Origin: a virus
Length of the DNA stretch: 64,000 nt
Direction: 5' to 3' (one strand)
Virus record (IMG/VR): IMGVR_UViG_3300044811_000050
Shown here: positions 37,551-44,536 of the stretch, piece by piece
Numbering within the stretch: position 1 is the stretch's first letter
Layout: each line of letters starts with the position of its first letter
Notes under the pieces: generated by a model
Told to the model about the DNA's origin: nothing
Seen by the model: only the letters and a program-made list of their open reading frames with translations
The model's database searches: none
Translations under genes and position numbers: made by a program

Positions 37551-37622
37551 TCTCCCGTGATGCAATTGGCAGCAGAGCGGTTTTTGGTACCGAGGATCCT
37601 GGTTCGAGTCCAGGCGGGAGAA
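37551..37622 (+). tRNA. tRNA-Gln(TTG)
   Basis: CGGT-TTTTGGT-ACCG; TCTCCCG/CGGGAGA. Confidence 0.85.
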
Positions 37623-37710
37623 CGAGAGGAGCGGGGTGAGATGAGGGGGGCCCGCCGCGACGACTAGGGCAGACCGCGAGGGCTGTCGAACCGGCTGAGG
37701 TCGTCAACAT

Positions 37711-37748
37711 GGAAGCGTGGCCGAGAGGCCTAAGGCAGCGGATGCTAA
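37711..37748 (+). pseudogene. 5' half of a canonical tRNA-Ser(GCT), truncated at the anticodon loop
   Basis: GGAAGCGTGGCCGAGAGGCCTAAGGCAGCGGATGCTAA with no matching 3' half; HNH starts 10 nt later. Confidence 0.7.
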
Positions 37749-37757
37749 GATTGGCTC

Positions 37758-38222
37758 GTGTCAGCAGGATCAGAGGCAGTAGAGCGGTTCCGAGCCAGAC
37801 GGCGCGCTGAAGCCAAGGCCGTGCTCGGGGGTCGATGTCAGGGTTGCGAGACTCAGGAGGATCTGGAGTTTCATCACGTCGACCCTGCAACGAAGCTGTT
37901 CTCGATTAGTTCGGGCCTCCAGAAGTCCAGGGAGGTCTTCTTCGCGGAGGTGGCGAAGTGCCAACTCCTGTGTACCGACTGCCATGCCGAGGAGACCCGG
38001 AATGGCTACCGCCTGACGTGGGCGGTCGTGGACGAGATCCGATCCCTGGTCGGTCTCACGCAGGTAGAGATTGGTCGCCGGTACTGCCTACACCAGACAA
38101 CGGTGGGTCAGATCCTGAGCGGCCGTAGATGGAATGACCGGCATAGGCGAGCCAGCCCGACTGCTGATCGGGTCATCTGGGAAACTGGATGTGTAGGTTC
38201 AACTCCTACTCATTCCGCGTAG
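37758..38222 (+). CDS. HNH homing endonuclease with C-terminal HTH; ORF reads through tRNA-Ser
   Basis: CQGCETQEDLEFHHVDP..KCQLLCTDCH; TQVEIGRRYCLHQTTVGQILSGRRW. Confidence 0.85.
   Translation: MSAGSEAVERFRARRRAEAKAVLGGRCQGCETQEDLEFHHVDPATKLFSISSGLQKSREVFFAEVAKCQLLCTDCHAEETRNGYRLTWAVVDEIRSLVGLTQVEIGRRYCLHQTTVGQILSGRRWNDRHRRASPTADRVIWETGCVGSTPTHSA
38131..38217 (+). tRNA. tRNA-Ser(GCT), atypical, overlapping HNH ORF
   Basis: GGAATGA/TCATTCC; GCCCGA-CTGCTGA-TCGGGT; variable arm ATCTGG-GAAA-CTGGAT; G73. Confidence 0.82.
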
Positions 38223-38231
38223 TACGACAAT

Positions 38232-38317
38232 GGAAGGTACCGACCAACAGGTGGTCACCCGGCTTCGAAACCCGGTGGCGGGGGCAAACCCCGGGCGTTC
38301 AACTCGTCTACTTTCCG
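38232..38317 (+). tRNA. tRNA-Ser(CGA) with probable 8/4 fold
   Basis: GGAAGGTA/TACTTTCC; GACC/GGTC; TTCGAAA loop; variable arm CGGGG/CCCCG; GGCG-TTCAACT-CGTC. Confidence 0.78.
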
Positions 38318-38320
38318 CAA

Positions 38321-38419
38321 GGACGTCCGAGGGTTCGACACCCTCCACACACGCTGCGCGCGGCGTGTCCACCCCGGGTCCGTACACCCCGGGAGTGAGC
38401 CCCGGGTAGGGGGTCGTCC
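38321..38419 (+). ncRNA. Candidate circularly permuted tRNA-like RNA (YrlA-like topology)
   Basis: GGACG/CGTCC outer stem; T arm first, closed acceptor-like domain, D arm CCCC-GGGTA-GGGG last. Confidence 0.5.
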
Positions 38420-38424
38420 GTCTT

Positions 38425-38495
38425 GTCGCTGTGGCCGAACGGCTAGGCCCACGCCTGCAAAGCGTGTCACCGGGGTTCGACTCCCCGCTGCGACT
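38425..38495 (+). tRNA. tRNA-Cys(GCA)
   Basis: CACGC-CTGCAAA-GCGTG; U73. Confidence 0.9.
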
Positions 38496-38541
38496 CTGGT
38501 CCACCCCGAGAGTCCTTCGGGATGCAGGGTTGGACCTTCAA

Positions 38542-38613
38542 GGTTCCGTAGCTCAGGGGTAGAGCATCCGCTTGTCACGCGGAAGGTCGAGGGTTCGAAA
38601 CCCTTCGGGATCG
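38542..38613 (+). tRNA. tRNA-Asp(GTC)
   Basis: TCCGC-TTGTCAC-GCGGA; G73. Confidence 0.92.
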
Positions 38614-38614
38614 C

Positions 38615-38693
38615 TGCGGCGTAGGGAAGCTCGGTCCATCCCGTCGGCCTCATAAGCCGAAGATCGTCGGTTCGAATCCGACCGCCGCTACCA
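38615..38693 (+). tRNA. tRNA-Met(CAT), initiator-like
   Basis: 1:72 mismatch, GCGGCG acceptor, TCGGC-CTCATAA-GCCGA, encoded CCA. Confidence 0.88.
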
Positions 38694-38694
38694 A

Positions 38695-38770
38695 GGGTCT
38701 GTAGCTCAACTGGCAGAGCACCGGTCTGAAAATCCGGAGGTTGGACGTTCGATTCGTCCCGGTCCCACCA
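38695..38770 (+). tRNA. tRNA-Phe(GAA)
   Basis: CCGGT-CTGAAAA-TCCGG; encoded CCA. Confidence 0.9.
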
Positions 38771-38837
38771 GGAATCCTTGTTGGAGTGCCGGAGGCATGA
38801 GTTAATGCTCTTGGCTTCGACCCCATGGAGGAAACAC

Positions 38838-39674
38838 ATGCCCCGATTCCGTCGGTTTCTGGCGCTCATTGCGGCGCCATTAATAGCCTTGACTTTGACC
38901 GCCCTTGTTGCCCCGGCTGCTTTCGCCGCTGACGAAAAACCCGGCATTGCCTTCGGTGCCCCGTGTGCCCAGGTCCAGATCATCGTCATCCCGGGCAGCC
39001 ACGAGACCAAAGAGTTGACCAAGATGGACAACGCCGCGAAGGGTGTCCTGGTCAACGTGGTCAGCACCCTGGAGGAGAGGTACCAACGCAAGGTCCGGGC
39101 GCACTACATCGGCTACCCGGCGAAGATCGCGTCGATCATCAACATCGGCAGCCAGAAAGATCCGATCGTGACGGTCAGCTGGGACTACACCCAGAGCAGG
39201 GCGAAGGGCTACCAGGCCACCTGGATGACGTTGAAGTACTACCGCAAGCAATGCCCGGCCACGAAGTACATCCTGACCGGGTACTCGCAGGGCGCGCACA
39301 TCGCGGGCGACCTCACCGCGACCATCTCGAAGGAGAACCAGCCGATCCCAGCCAGCTCGCTGATCTCGGTGCGGCTGCTCGCGGACCCCGCGCGCACCGC
39401 GTCCTTCTCCCGGCTGGTCGGGATGGGTACCGGCGGTAACGGTGGCGTGCTCGGGCACCGCACCTTCGGCTCCCTGAACAACCGGGTCACCGAGTACTGC
39501 GTCAAGGGGGACGCGATCTGCGACTTCACCCTGCGCAACCTGGTGAACTCCGCCGCTAACGGGGGTGGCACGCACACCCAGTACGACGGCACCTACGTCC
39601 CGGGCACGCAGACCACGATGACCATGCGGATGAAGGCCGACATCATCGCCGACGTGCTGAACGCTCGGCTCTAG
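38838..39674 (+). CDS. Secreted cutinase-family serine esterase
   Basis: GGAGG RBS, signal peptide AFA-A, CPATKYILTGYSQGA, LLADP, CVKGDAIC, HTQY. Confidence 0.9.
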   Translation: MPRFRRFLALIAAPLIALTLTALVAPAAFAADEKPGIAFGAPCAQVQIIVIPGSHETKELTKMDNAAKGVLVNVVSTLEERYQRKVRAHYIGYPAKIASIINIGSQKDPIVTVSWDYTQSRAKGYQATWMTLKYYRKQCPATKYILTGYSQGAHIAGDLTATISKENQPIPASSLISVRLLADPARTASFSRLVGMGTGGNGGVLGHRTFGSLNNRVTEYCVKGDAICDFTLRNLVNSAANGGGTHTQYDGTYVPGTQTTMTMRMKADIIADVLNARL

Positions 39675-39680
39675 AGTGCC

Positions 39681-39710
39681 GGCGCGAGGGGGTTTCGGCC
39701 TCCTCGCGCC
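39681..39710 (+). terminator. Hairpin after cutinase (terminator or processing stem)
   Basis: GGCGCGAGGGGG-TTTCGG-CCTCCTCGCGCC. Confidence 0.55.
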
Positions 39711-39716
39711 ATGCTC

Positions 39717-39789
39717 GCCCCTGTAGCTCAGCGGACAGAGCTGTCGCCTTCTAAGCGAAAGGTCGCAGGTCCGAATCCTGCCGGGGGCA
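39717..39789 (+). tRNA. tRNA-Arg(TCT)
   Basis: TCGC-CTTCTAA-GCGA; T loop TCCGAAT. Confidence 0.88.
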
Positions 39790-39921
39790 CGGTCTGAATA
39801 GCTCGGGACTGGCGTGCAACCGCCCGGGTGATGGTCAGATGCGGTATCCGTGAGGACCGTGGCTAGGGCCGACCCGATGCACCGGGGCGGCCCTGGTCGG
39901 TATGTGGATGGAGTTGTCGGG

Positions 39922-40218
39922 TCAGCGGTTCCAGCTGCCCCACCAGCCGTGGTGGTTGTCGCCCCACCAGCCGTGGTGGTGACCGTGGTGGTGACCGTGG
40001 TGGTCACCGCAGTCGTCCCTCCAGTCGTCGTGCCAGTCGTTCCTCCAGCACCGGCGGTTCCAGTCGTCGCTGGTCTGCACGACGCTGGCGAGCACGACCG
40101 GGCTGGAGGTGACCGTCGGCGCGCTCGGCGTGGCGGCCACGGCCGGCGCTGCGGTGGCGAGCCCGCCGCCCAGCAGCGCTGCGGTGCTCGCGGCGGTGAC
40201 CAGCATTCTGGTGATCAT
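39922..40218 (-). CDS. Small secreted His/Trp-rich protein
   Basis: AAGGGG RBS on minus strand, signal peptide, DDW and HHG repeats. Confidence 0.7.
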   Translation of the reverse strand: MITRMLVTAASTAALLGGGLATAAPAVAATPSAPTVTSSPVVLASVVQTSDDWNRRCWRNDWHDDWRDDCGDHHGHHHGHHHGWWGDNHHGWWGSWNR

Positions 40219-40318
40219 GTGACATGCCCCCTTCGAAGTGGGCGGGCGACGTTACAGCCGGATGGGGTGAATGTGATGGATTGCGCGTGATTGCACTCGA
40301 CAGCCCGAGGCAACTCGC

Positions 40319-40360
40319 CTGACGAAAACCCTTGGTGGTGTCAGGGTCATCGGGTACTGT
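40319..40360 (+). promoter_or_regulatory. Repeat promoter/operator element (consensus copy)
   Basis: CTGAC-GAAAACCCTTGGTGGT-GTCAG-N10-TACTGT. Confidence 0.85.
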
Positions 40361-40401
40361 CGGATCTGTCAGCTAGACCGAGTCCGAACCGGAGGACCCT
40401 C

Positions 40402-41154
40402 GTGAACGTCACCAACATCGCCACCGACCACCCGAAGCTCGCCCAGATCCGCGCCCTGCTGGCCAAGGCCGAGTCGACCGAGTTCCCCGAGGAGCGCGAC
40501 GCGCTTCAGGCCAAGGCGTTCGCCCTGCTGGCCAAGTACGGCATCGACGAGGCGCTGGCCTACGCCGAGGACCACCGCGACGAGACCCCGACCACCGTCG
40601 ATATCAAGATCGACAACCCGTACTCGCACCGCAAGGCCAACCTGCTGGCCTGGATCGGCAACGCGCTGGGCTGCAAGAACGTCACCTGGAGCCACGGCAA
40701 GCAGATCACCCACGTGGTGCTCTACGGCTTCGCCTCCGACCTGGAGCGCGCCGAGATGCTCTACACCTCGCTGCTGCTACAGGCCACCAACCAGCTCGTG
40801 CACATCACCCCGCCGTGGCACTCCAACGACACCACCCTGGCCTACCGCAACGCCTGGTTCCAGGGCTTCGCCATCACCGTGGCCAAGCGCATCCAGCAGG
40901 CCGAGCAGGGCGCCCGCCAGGACGCCGTACAGGCCGACGCCGGCCCCGTCGGCACCTCCGTGGAGCTGGTGCTGGTCGAGCGTAAGGACCGGGTGCAGCG
41001 CTACTTCGAGGAGGCCAACCCCAAGGTCAAGATGCGCAAGTACAGCAAGTCCCGCTCCCGGGACGGCCGCAACGAGGGCATCGAGGCCGGCCGGCGCGCC
41101 GACATCGGCCAGCGCCGGGTGGACAACCCGAGCCGGCGCGCCGTCGGATCCTGA
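40402..41154 (+). CDS. DUF2786-domain protein
   Basis: LAQIRALLAKAESTEFPEERDALQAKAFALLAKYGID; YRNAWFQGFA; GIEAGRRADIG. Confidence 0.8.
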   Translation: MNVTNIATDHPKLAQIRALLAKAESTEFPEERDALQAKAFALLAKYGIDEALAYAEDHRDETPTTVDIKIDNPYSHRKANLLAWIGNALGCKNVTWSHGKQITHVVLYGFASDLERAEMLYTSLLLQATNQLVHITPPWHSNDTTLAYRNAWFQGFAITVAKRIQQAEQGARQDAVQADAGPVGTSVELVLVERKDRVQRYFEEANPKVKMRKYSKSRSRDGRNEGIEAGRRADIGQRRVDNPSRRAVGS

Positions 41155-41192
41155 CGAAAACCCTAGGTGCTGTCAGGGTGAGCTGGTATGGT
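41151..41192 (+). promoter_or_regulatory. Repeat promoter/operator element
   Basis: CTGAC-GAAAACCCTAGGTGCT-GTCAG-N10-TATGGT; contains upstream stop codon. Confidence 0.85.
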
Positions 41193-41232
41193 TCACCTTG
41201 ACAGCAACACCCCGTCCGCACCGGAGGACACC

Positions 41233-41625
41233 ATGACGATCACCATCCGCGCCGCGAAGCTGGCGCTCGGTATTGGTCGCCCCGCCGAGTCCTATCCGCA
41301 TCGGCCCTCTGACCGCCGCCTGTTCCGGTCCGCGCACCTGAAGTCTTGGTCGCACCGGATGCGGTTCGGGTGGGTGCTCAGCTGGGACGGCCCGTACCGG
41401 CATCGCGCCATCGGTATCGCGGGCTCGGACTGGGACAACGGGGACTGGCTGGGCGGTCAGAGTTGGCACAAGCACGGCCCCTTCGTCGTCTGCCGATCCG
41501 GCCGGCGTGGCTCGCTGCGCAGCGACCGCCGGTTCACCCGCGTGATGGGCTGCACCTGCCCGCAGCGTGGCCTGCTCTGGCCGATCGGCCACACCCACCC
41601 CGCCGACTGCCCCATCAACGACTGA
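41233..41625 (+). CDS. Hypothetical basic Trp/His/Cys-rich protein
   Basis: CCGCACCGGAGG leader. Confidence 0.65.
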   Translation: MTITIRAAKLALGIGRPAESYPHRPSDRRLFRSAHLKSWSHRMRFGWVLSWDGPYRHRAIGIAGSDWDNGDWLGGQSWHKHGPFVVCRSGRRGSLRSDRRFTRVMGCTCPQRGLLWPIGHTHPADCPIND

Positions 41626-41663
41626 CCGCCCGTCCAACCCGAACCGAACCGGAGGTTCCGATC

Positions 41664-41765
41664 ATGTGCGACACCACGACCGAGAACGCCCCGTGTCGGG
41701 ACGTTTTCATCATTGATCAAATCGCAATCTGCATCGAGCAGTTGCTGGAAGAAGACGAGGACTAG
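41664..41765 (+). CDS. 33-aa acidic peptide
   Basis: CCGAACCGAACCGGAGG leader before ATG 41664. Confidence 0.55.
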   Translation: MCDTTTENAPCRDVFIIDQIAICIEQLLEEDED

Positions 41766-41771
41766 ATCATC

Positions 41772-42017
41772 ATGGCCATCACCAACCCGTGCGAAGGCTC
41801 CGGCCAGCACCCCACCCGCCGCCGGATCACCGGCCGCGACCTCGGCACGAAGTTCGGCGGCAGGAAGATGGGCAAGTGCCCGGTGGAGGGCTGCGACGCT
41901 CGGGTCACCGCCAACGGCCGACTGGCCAAGCACGAGGTCAACTCCGGCGAGTTCGACCGGATCGTGCGGGCCCACGCGGCCGAGCCGGCGCGCAAGTCAC
42001 TCTGGGGCGGCTACTGA
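41772..42017 (+). CDS. Small zinc-ribbon protein
   Basis: CEGSG..CPVEGC..H. Confidence 0.7.
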   Translation: MAITNPCEGSGQHPTRRRITGRDLGTKFGGRKMGKCPVEGCDARVTANGRLAKHEVNSGEFDRIVRAHAAEPARKSLWGGY

Positions 42018-42067
42018 GCCCCCACCGATAGTCCCCCGACAACCCTGATCGAACCGGAGGTCAAACC

Positions 42068-42355
42068 ATGTCCGTCACCGTCAACATCGTGCTCAGCTAC
42101 GCGGAGGTCGTTACGGCGATCAAGAAGGGCGAGAAGGTCACCCTGCTCCGTGAGGATGGCACCAAGATCATTGGTACCCTGCGGAATCTCACCCCGGCCG
42201 AGGGCAGCGCCTACCACCTGCCGGCCGGCGGAGACCTGCGCACCGCCTGGGTGTGGATCACCACCATCTCGGGCTTCGAAACCTGGATCAAGTTCACCGA
42301 GCTGGTGGAGCTGCGCGAGAACGGTGCGGTCGCCTGGCACATCTACTCCAGCTAG
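42068..42355 (+). CDS. Hypothetical protein (SH3/Sm-like beta barrel possible)
   Basis: CGAACCGGAGG leader. Confidence 0.7.
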   Translation: MSVTVNIVLSYAEVVTAIKKGEKVTLLREDGTKIIGTLRNLTPAEGSAYHLPAGGDLRTAWVWITTISGFETWIKFTELVELRENGAVAWHIYSS

Positions 42356-42372
42356 AGATCGACACGATGAGC

Positions 42373-42414
42373 CTGACGAAAACCCTTGGTGGTGTCAGGC
42401 TCGTCGTGTATCGT
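42373..42414 (+). promoter_or_regulatory. Repeat promoter/operator element
   Basis: CTGAC-GAAAACCCTTGGTGGT-GTCAG-N10-TATCGT. Confidence 0.85.
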
Positions 42415-42454
42415 AAGCCTTGTTCGCACCACCGAGTCCGCACCGGAGGACATC

Positions 42455-42874
42455 ATGCCGATCCCCACCCAGGCCCAGGTCGTTGAGGCCGTTCGTCGGG
42501 CCTACGCCCAGGAGTGGCTGCGCCACACGCCGGGCTGGAAGTGCTCGGTGTCCGCTGCCAACGCCGGCTGGTACGTCCGCAACGGCATCAACACCACCCA
42601 GGTGTTCAACGAGGCCGCCCGCGCTGGGCTGGTCGACATCACCTACGACGGCGGCAACATGGTCTTCGTCGTGCCGCTGGGCGCGCCGGACCGCAAGGAC
42701 CGCGAGTTCACCTGCTCCGCTTGCGGCCTGGAGGTGGCCAAGTATTTCCACGCTGATGGCGGGTTCACCTGGATCAGCAAGAAGAACACCCCCACCCTTT
42801 TCGGCGGCGAGGCGCCCGAGGGCTCCTGCTGGAAGTCCGCGAGCAAGACCCACGTCGTCAGCCAGGAGGCCTGA
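42455..42874 (+). CDS. Hypothetical protein with C-terminal zinc motif
   Basis: CCGCACCGGAGG leader; CSACG..C..H. Confidence 0.7.
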   Translation: MPIPTQAQVVEAVRRAYAQEWLRHTPGWKCSVSAANAGWYVRNGINTTQVFNEAARAGLVDITYDGGNMVFVVPLGAPDRKDREFTCSACGLEVAKYFHADGGFTWISKKNTPTLFGGEAPEGSCWKSASKTHVVSQEA

Positions 42875-43350
42875 TGCGGCCCCTGCGGAAGCGCCGCCGG
42901 CCACCCATCGAGTGGGTCTTCGATGACGGGGGCCGCGCGGCGGCCGGCTACAAGGGGCTCGCGGGGGACTGCGTCACCCGGGCCATCGCCATCGCCACCG
43001 AGCAGCCCTACCAGGAGGTCTACGACGAGCTGAACCACGCCTGGCAGCTGGCCTGGGCGGACCTGCCCGTCGCTGAGCGCCCCTCTGCCAGCGCGCGCAC
43101 CGGGCTGCCCCGCTGGGTCTACGACGAGTACCTGAAGGGCCGAGGCTGGGTCTGGACGCCCACCATGGGCATCGGCACCGGCTGCCGGGTGCACCTGCGC
43201 CGCGATGAGCTGCCCGCCGGCCGGATCATCGCCCGGGTGACCAAGCACATCTGCGCGGTCATCGACGGGGTCATCCACGACACCCATGACCCTTCGCGGG
43301 AGGGTCAGAGATGTGTTTATGGCCTGTGGCAGCCACCGGCCGATGGGTAA
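42874..43350 (+). CDS. Phage protein, papain-like (C39-type) Cys-His-Asp pattern
   Basis: GDCVTRAIAIA..KHICAVIDGVIHDTHD. Confidence 0.7.
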   Translation: MRPLRKRRRPPIEWVFDDGGRAAAGYKGLAGDCVTRAIAIATEQPYQEVYDELNHAWQLAWADLPVAERPSASARTGLPRWVYDEYLKGRGWVWTPTMGIGTGCRVHLRRDELPAGRIIARVTKHICAVIDGVIHDTHDPSREGQRCVYGLWQPPADG

Positions 43351-43789
43351 GCGCAAGCATGATCTCGGTAGTCATGCGGATCGGGATTATCGGTATCGAA
43401 CCTGGAACAACATCAGAGGTCGATGCCTCCGCCCCTCCGATTCGGCTTGGCCCAACTATGGCGGCCGGGGGATCAGGATGTATGGGCCGTGGCAGGAAGA
43501 TCCAGCCGCGTTCATCGCCTGGCTTGACGAGCATCTGGGACCGCGCCCTGAAGGTCACACTCTTGATCGAATCGACAACGACGGTCACTACGAGCCCGAC
43601 AATCTCAGGTGGGCTACTCGGTTTGAGCAGGGGAGAAATACTCGGATGAACAAGATCACGGTTGAGATAGCCAGAAAAATCTTGGCTGATCCACGCACCT
43701 TGGTCGCGCTTGGTGAGGAGTACGGGGTTAGTCACGAGACCATTCGTAGAGTCAGATGTGGGACCTGGTGGGGATGCGATCAGATATAG
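43343..43789 (+). CDS. HNH homing endonuclease
   Basis: YRTWNNIRGRC..YGGRGI..TLDRIDNDGHYEPDNLRWAT; C-terminal HTH; lower GC. Confidence 0.88.
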   Translation: MGKRKHDLGSHADRDYRYRTWNNIRGRCLRPSDSAWPNYGGRGIRMYGPWQEDPAAFIAWLDEHLGPRPEGHTLDRIDNDGHYEPDNLRWATRFEQGRNTRMNKITVEIARKILADPRTLVALGEEYGVSHETIRRVRCGTWWGCDQI

Positions 43790-43796
43790 CCACGCC

Positions 43797-43838
43797 CTGA
43801 CGAAACTCCTTGGCGCTGTCAGGGTTGTCTGATAGCGT
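43797..43838 (+). promoter_or_regulatory. Repeat promoter/operator element
   Basis: CTGAC-GAAACTCCTTGGCGCT-GTCAG-N10-TAGCGT. Confidence 0.85.
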
Positions 43839-43877
43839 AAGCCTTGTCAGACCGACCGAACCGCACCGGAGGTTCCG

Positions 43878-44174
43878 ATGTCCCGCACCGACCGCAGCCG
43901 CCCCACCCGCCGTCAGACCTGGATCGCTATCGAGCGTGACGCTCAGGGCAATGTTCGCCTCGCCTACGACGAGTTCGGCAACCCCGTCACCGAGGTCGTT
44001 GACCGCGAGGTTGGTCACCGCAAGGGCCTGAACCCCCGCAAGTCCCAGACCGCCTACCACCGCACCGCCAGCAACCGCCTCGACCGCCGTGACGCCCGCC
44101 GCCAGCTGCGCCGTGACCCCGACTCGGTCTCCAACCGGGCCCGCAAGAACGACTCGGTCTGGATGGCCACCTGA
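43878..44174 (+). CDS. Small Arg-rich protein
   Basis: CCGAACCGCACCGGAGG leader. Confidence 0.75.
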   Translation: MSRTDRSRPTRRQTWIAIERDAQGNVRLAYDEFGNPVTEVVDREVGHRKGLNPRKSQTAYHRTASNRLDRRDARRQLRRDPDSVSNRARKNDSVWMAT

Positions 44175-44180
44175 TCTATC

Positions 44181-44223
44181 CTGACGGAATACCTTGTCGG
44201 GTGCCAGGCACGACGCGTACAGT
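44181..44223 (+). promoter_or_regulatory. Repeat promoter/operator element
   Basis: CTGAC-N17-GCCAG-N10-TACAGT. Confidence 0.75.
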
Positions 44224-44266
44224 CGGGCCTGGCACACGCATGACCAAGCCGAACCGGAGGCACTCC

Positions 44267-44536
44267 ATGGCACGCACGACCCAGAAGGATCGAGACGCGG
44301 CACTTCACCGCGAGGTGGCGCTGAAGCGCGCTCTGCTCGCCGCCCTGAGCCACCGGGACCTGTTGGTCCTGGCGAGGGCCGCCGAGGCCTACGCGCAGAT
44401 CCTGAAGGTGGTCGACACGCACCACCCGGACCCGGACATCCGCGACGACGCGGCCCGGCTGCCGGAGCTGGCCCAGATCTTGTTGGAGGCCAACGCCGCC
44501 CGGGTCTTCCTGGAGGAGGGTGCCTCCGGTGGCTGA
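44267..44536 (+). CDS. Hypothetical protein
   Basis: CCGAACCGGAGG leader. Confidence 0.7.
   Translation: MARTTQKDRDAALHREVALKRALLAALSHRDLLVLARAAEAYAQILKVVDTHHPDPDIRDDAARLPELAQILLEANAARVFLEEGASGG

Noticed and set aside
37711-38217. Group I intron interrupting a single tRNA-Ser
   Set aside because: The upstream acceptor strand GGAAGCG does not pair cleanly with TCATTCC, the downstream tRNA has its own 5' half, and no intron core is evident.
38232-38317. tRNA-Sec
   Set aside because: Anticodon is CGA not TCA, the T stem is 4 bp and the D stem 4 bp; no selA/selB in the window.
35104-38504. Short ORFs over the tRNA array other than the two HNHs
   Set aside because: They overlap tRNA cloverleaves and lack coding bias.
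35088-39789. tmRNA or amber suppressor tRNA as in some cluster C phages
   Set aside because: No tmRNA-like ends with a tag ORF and no CTA anticodon found.
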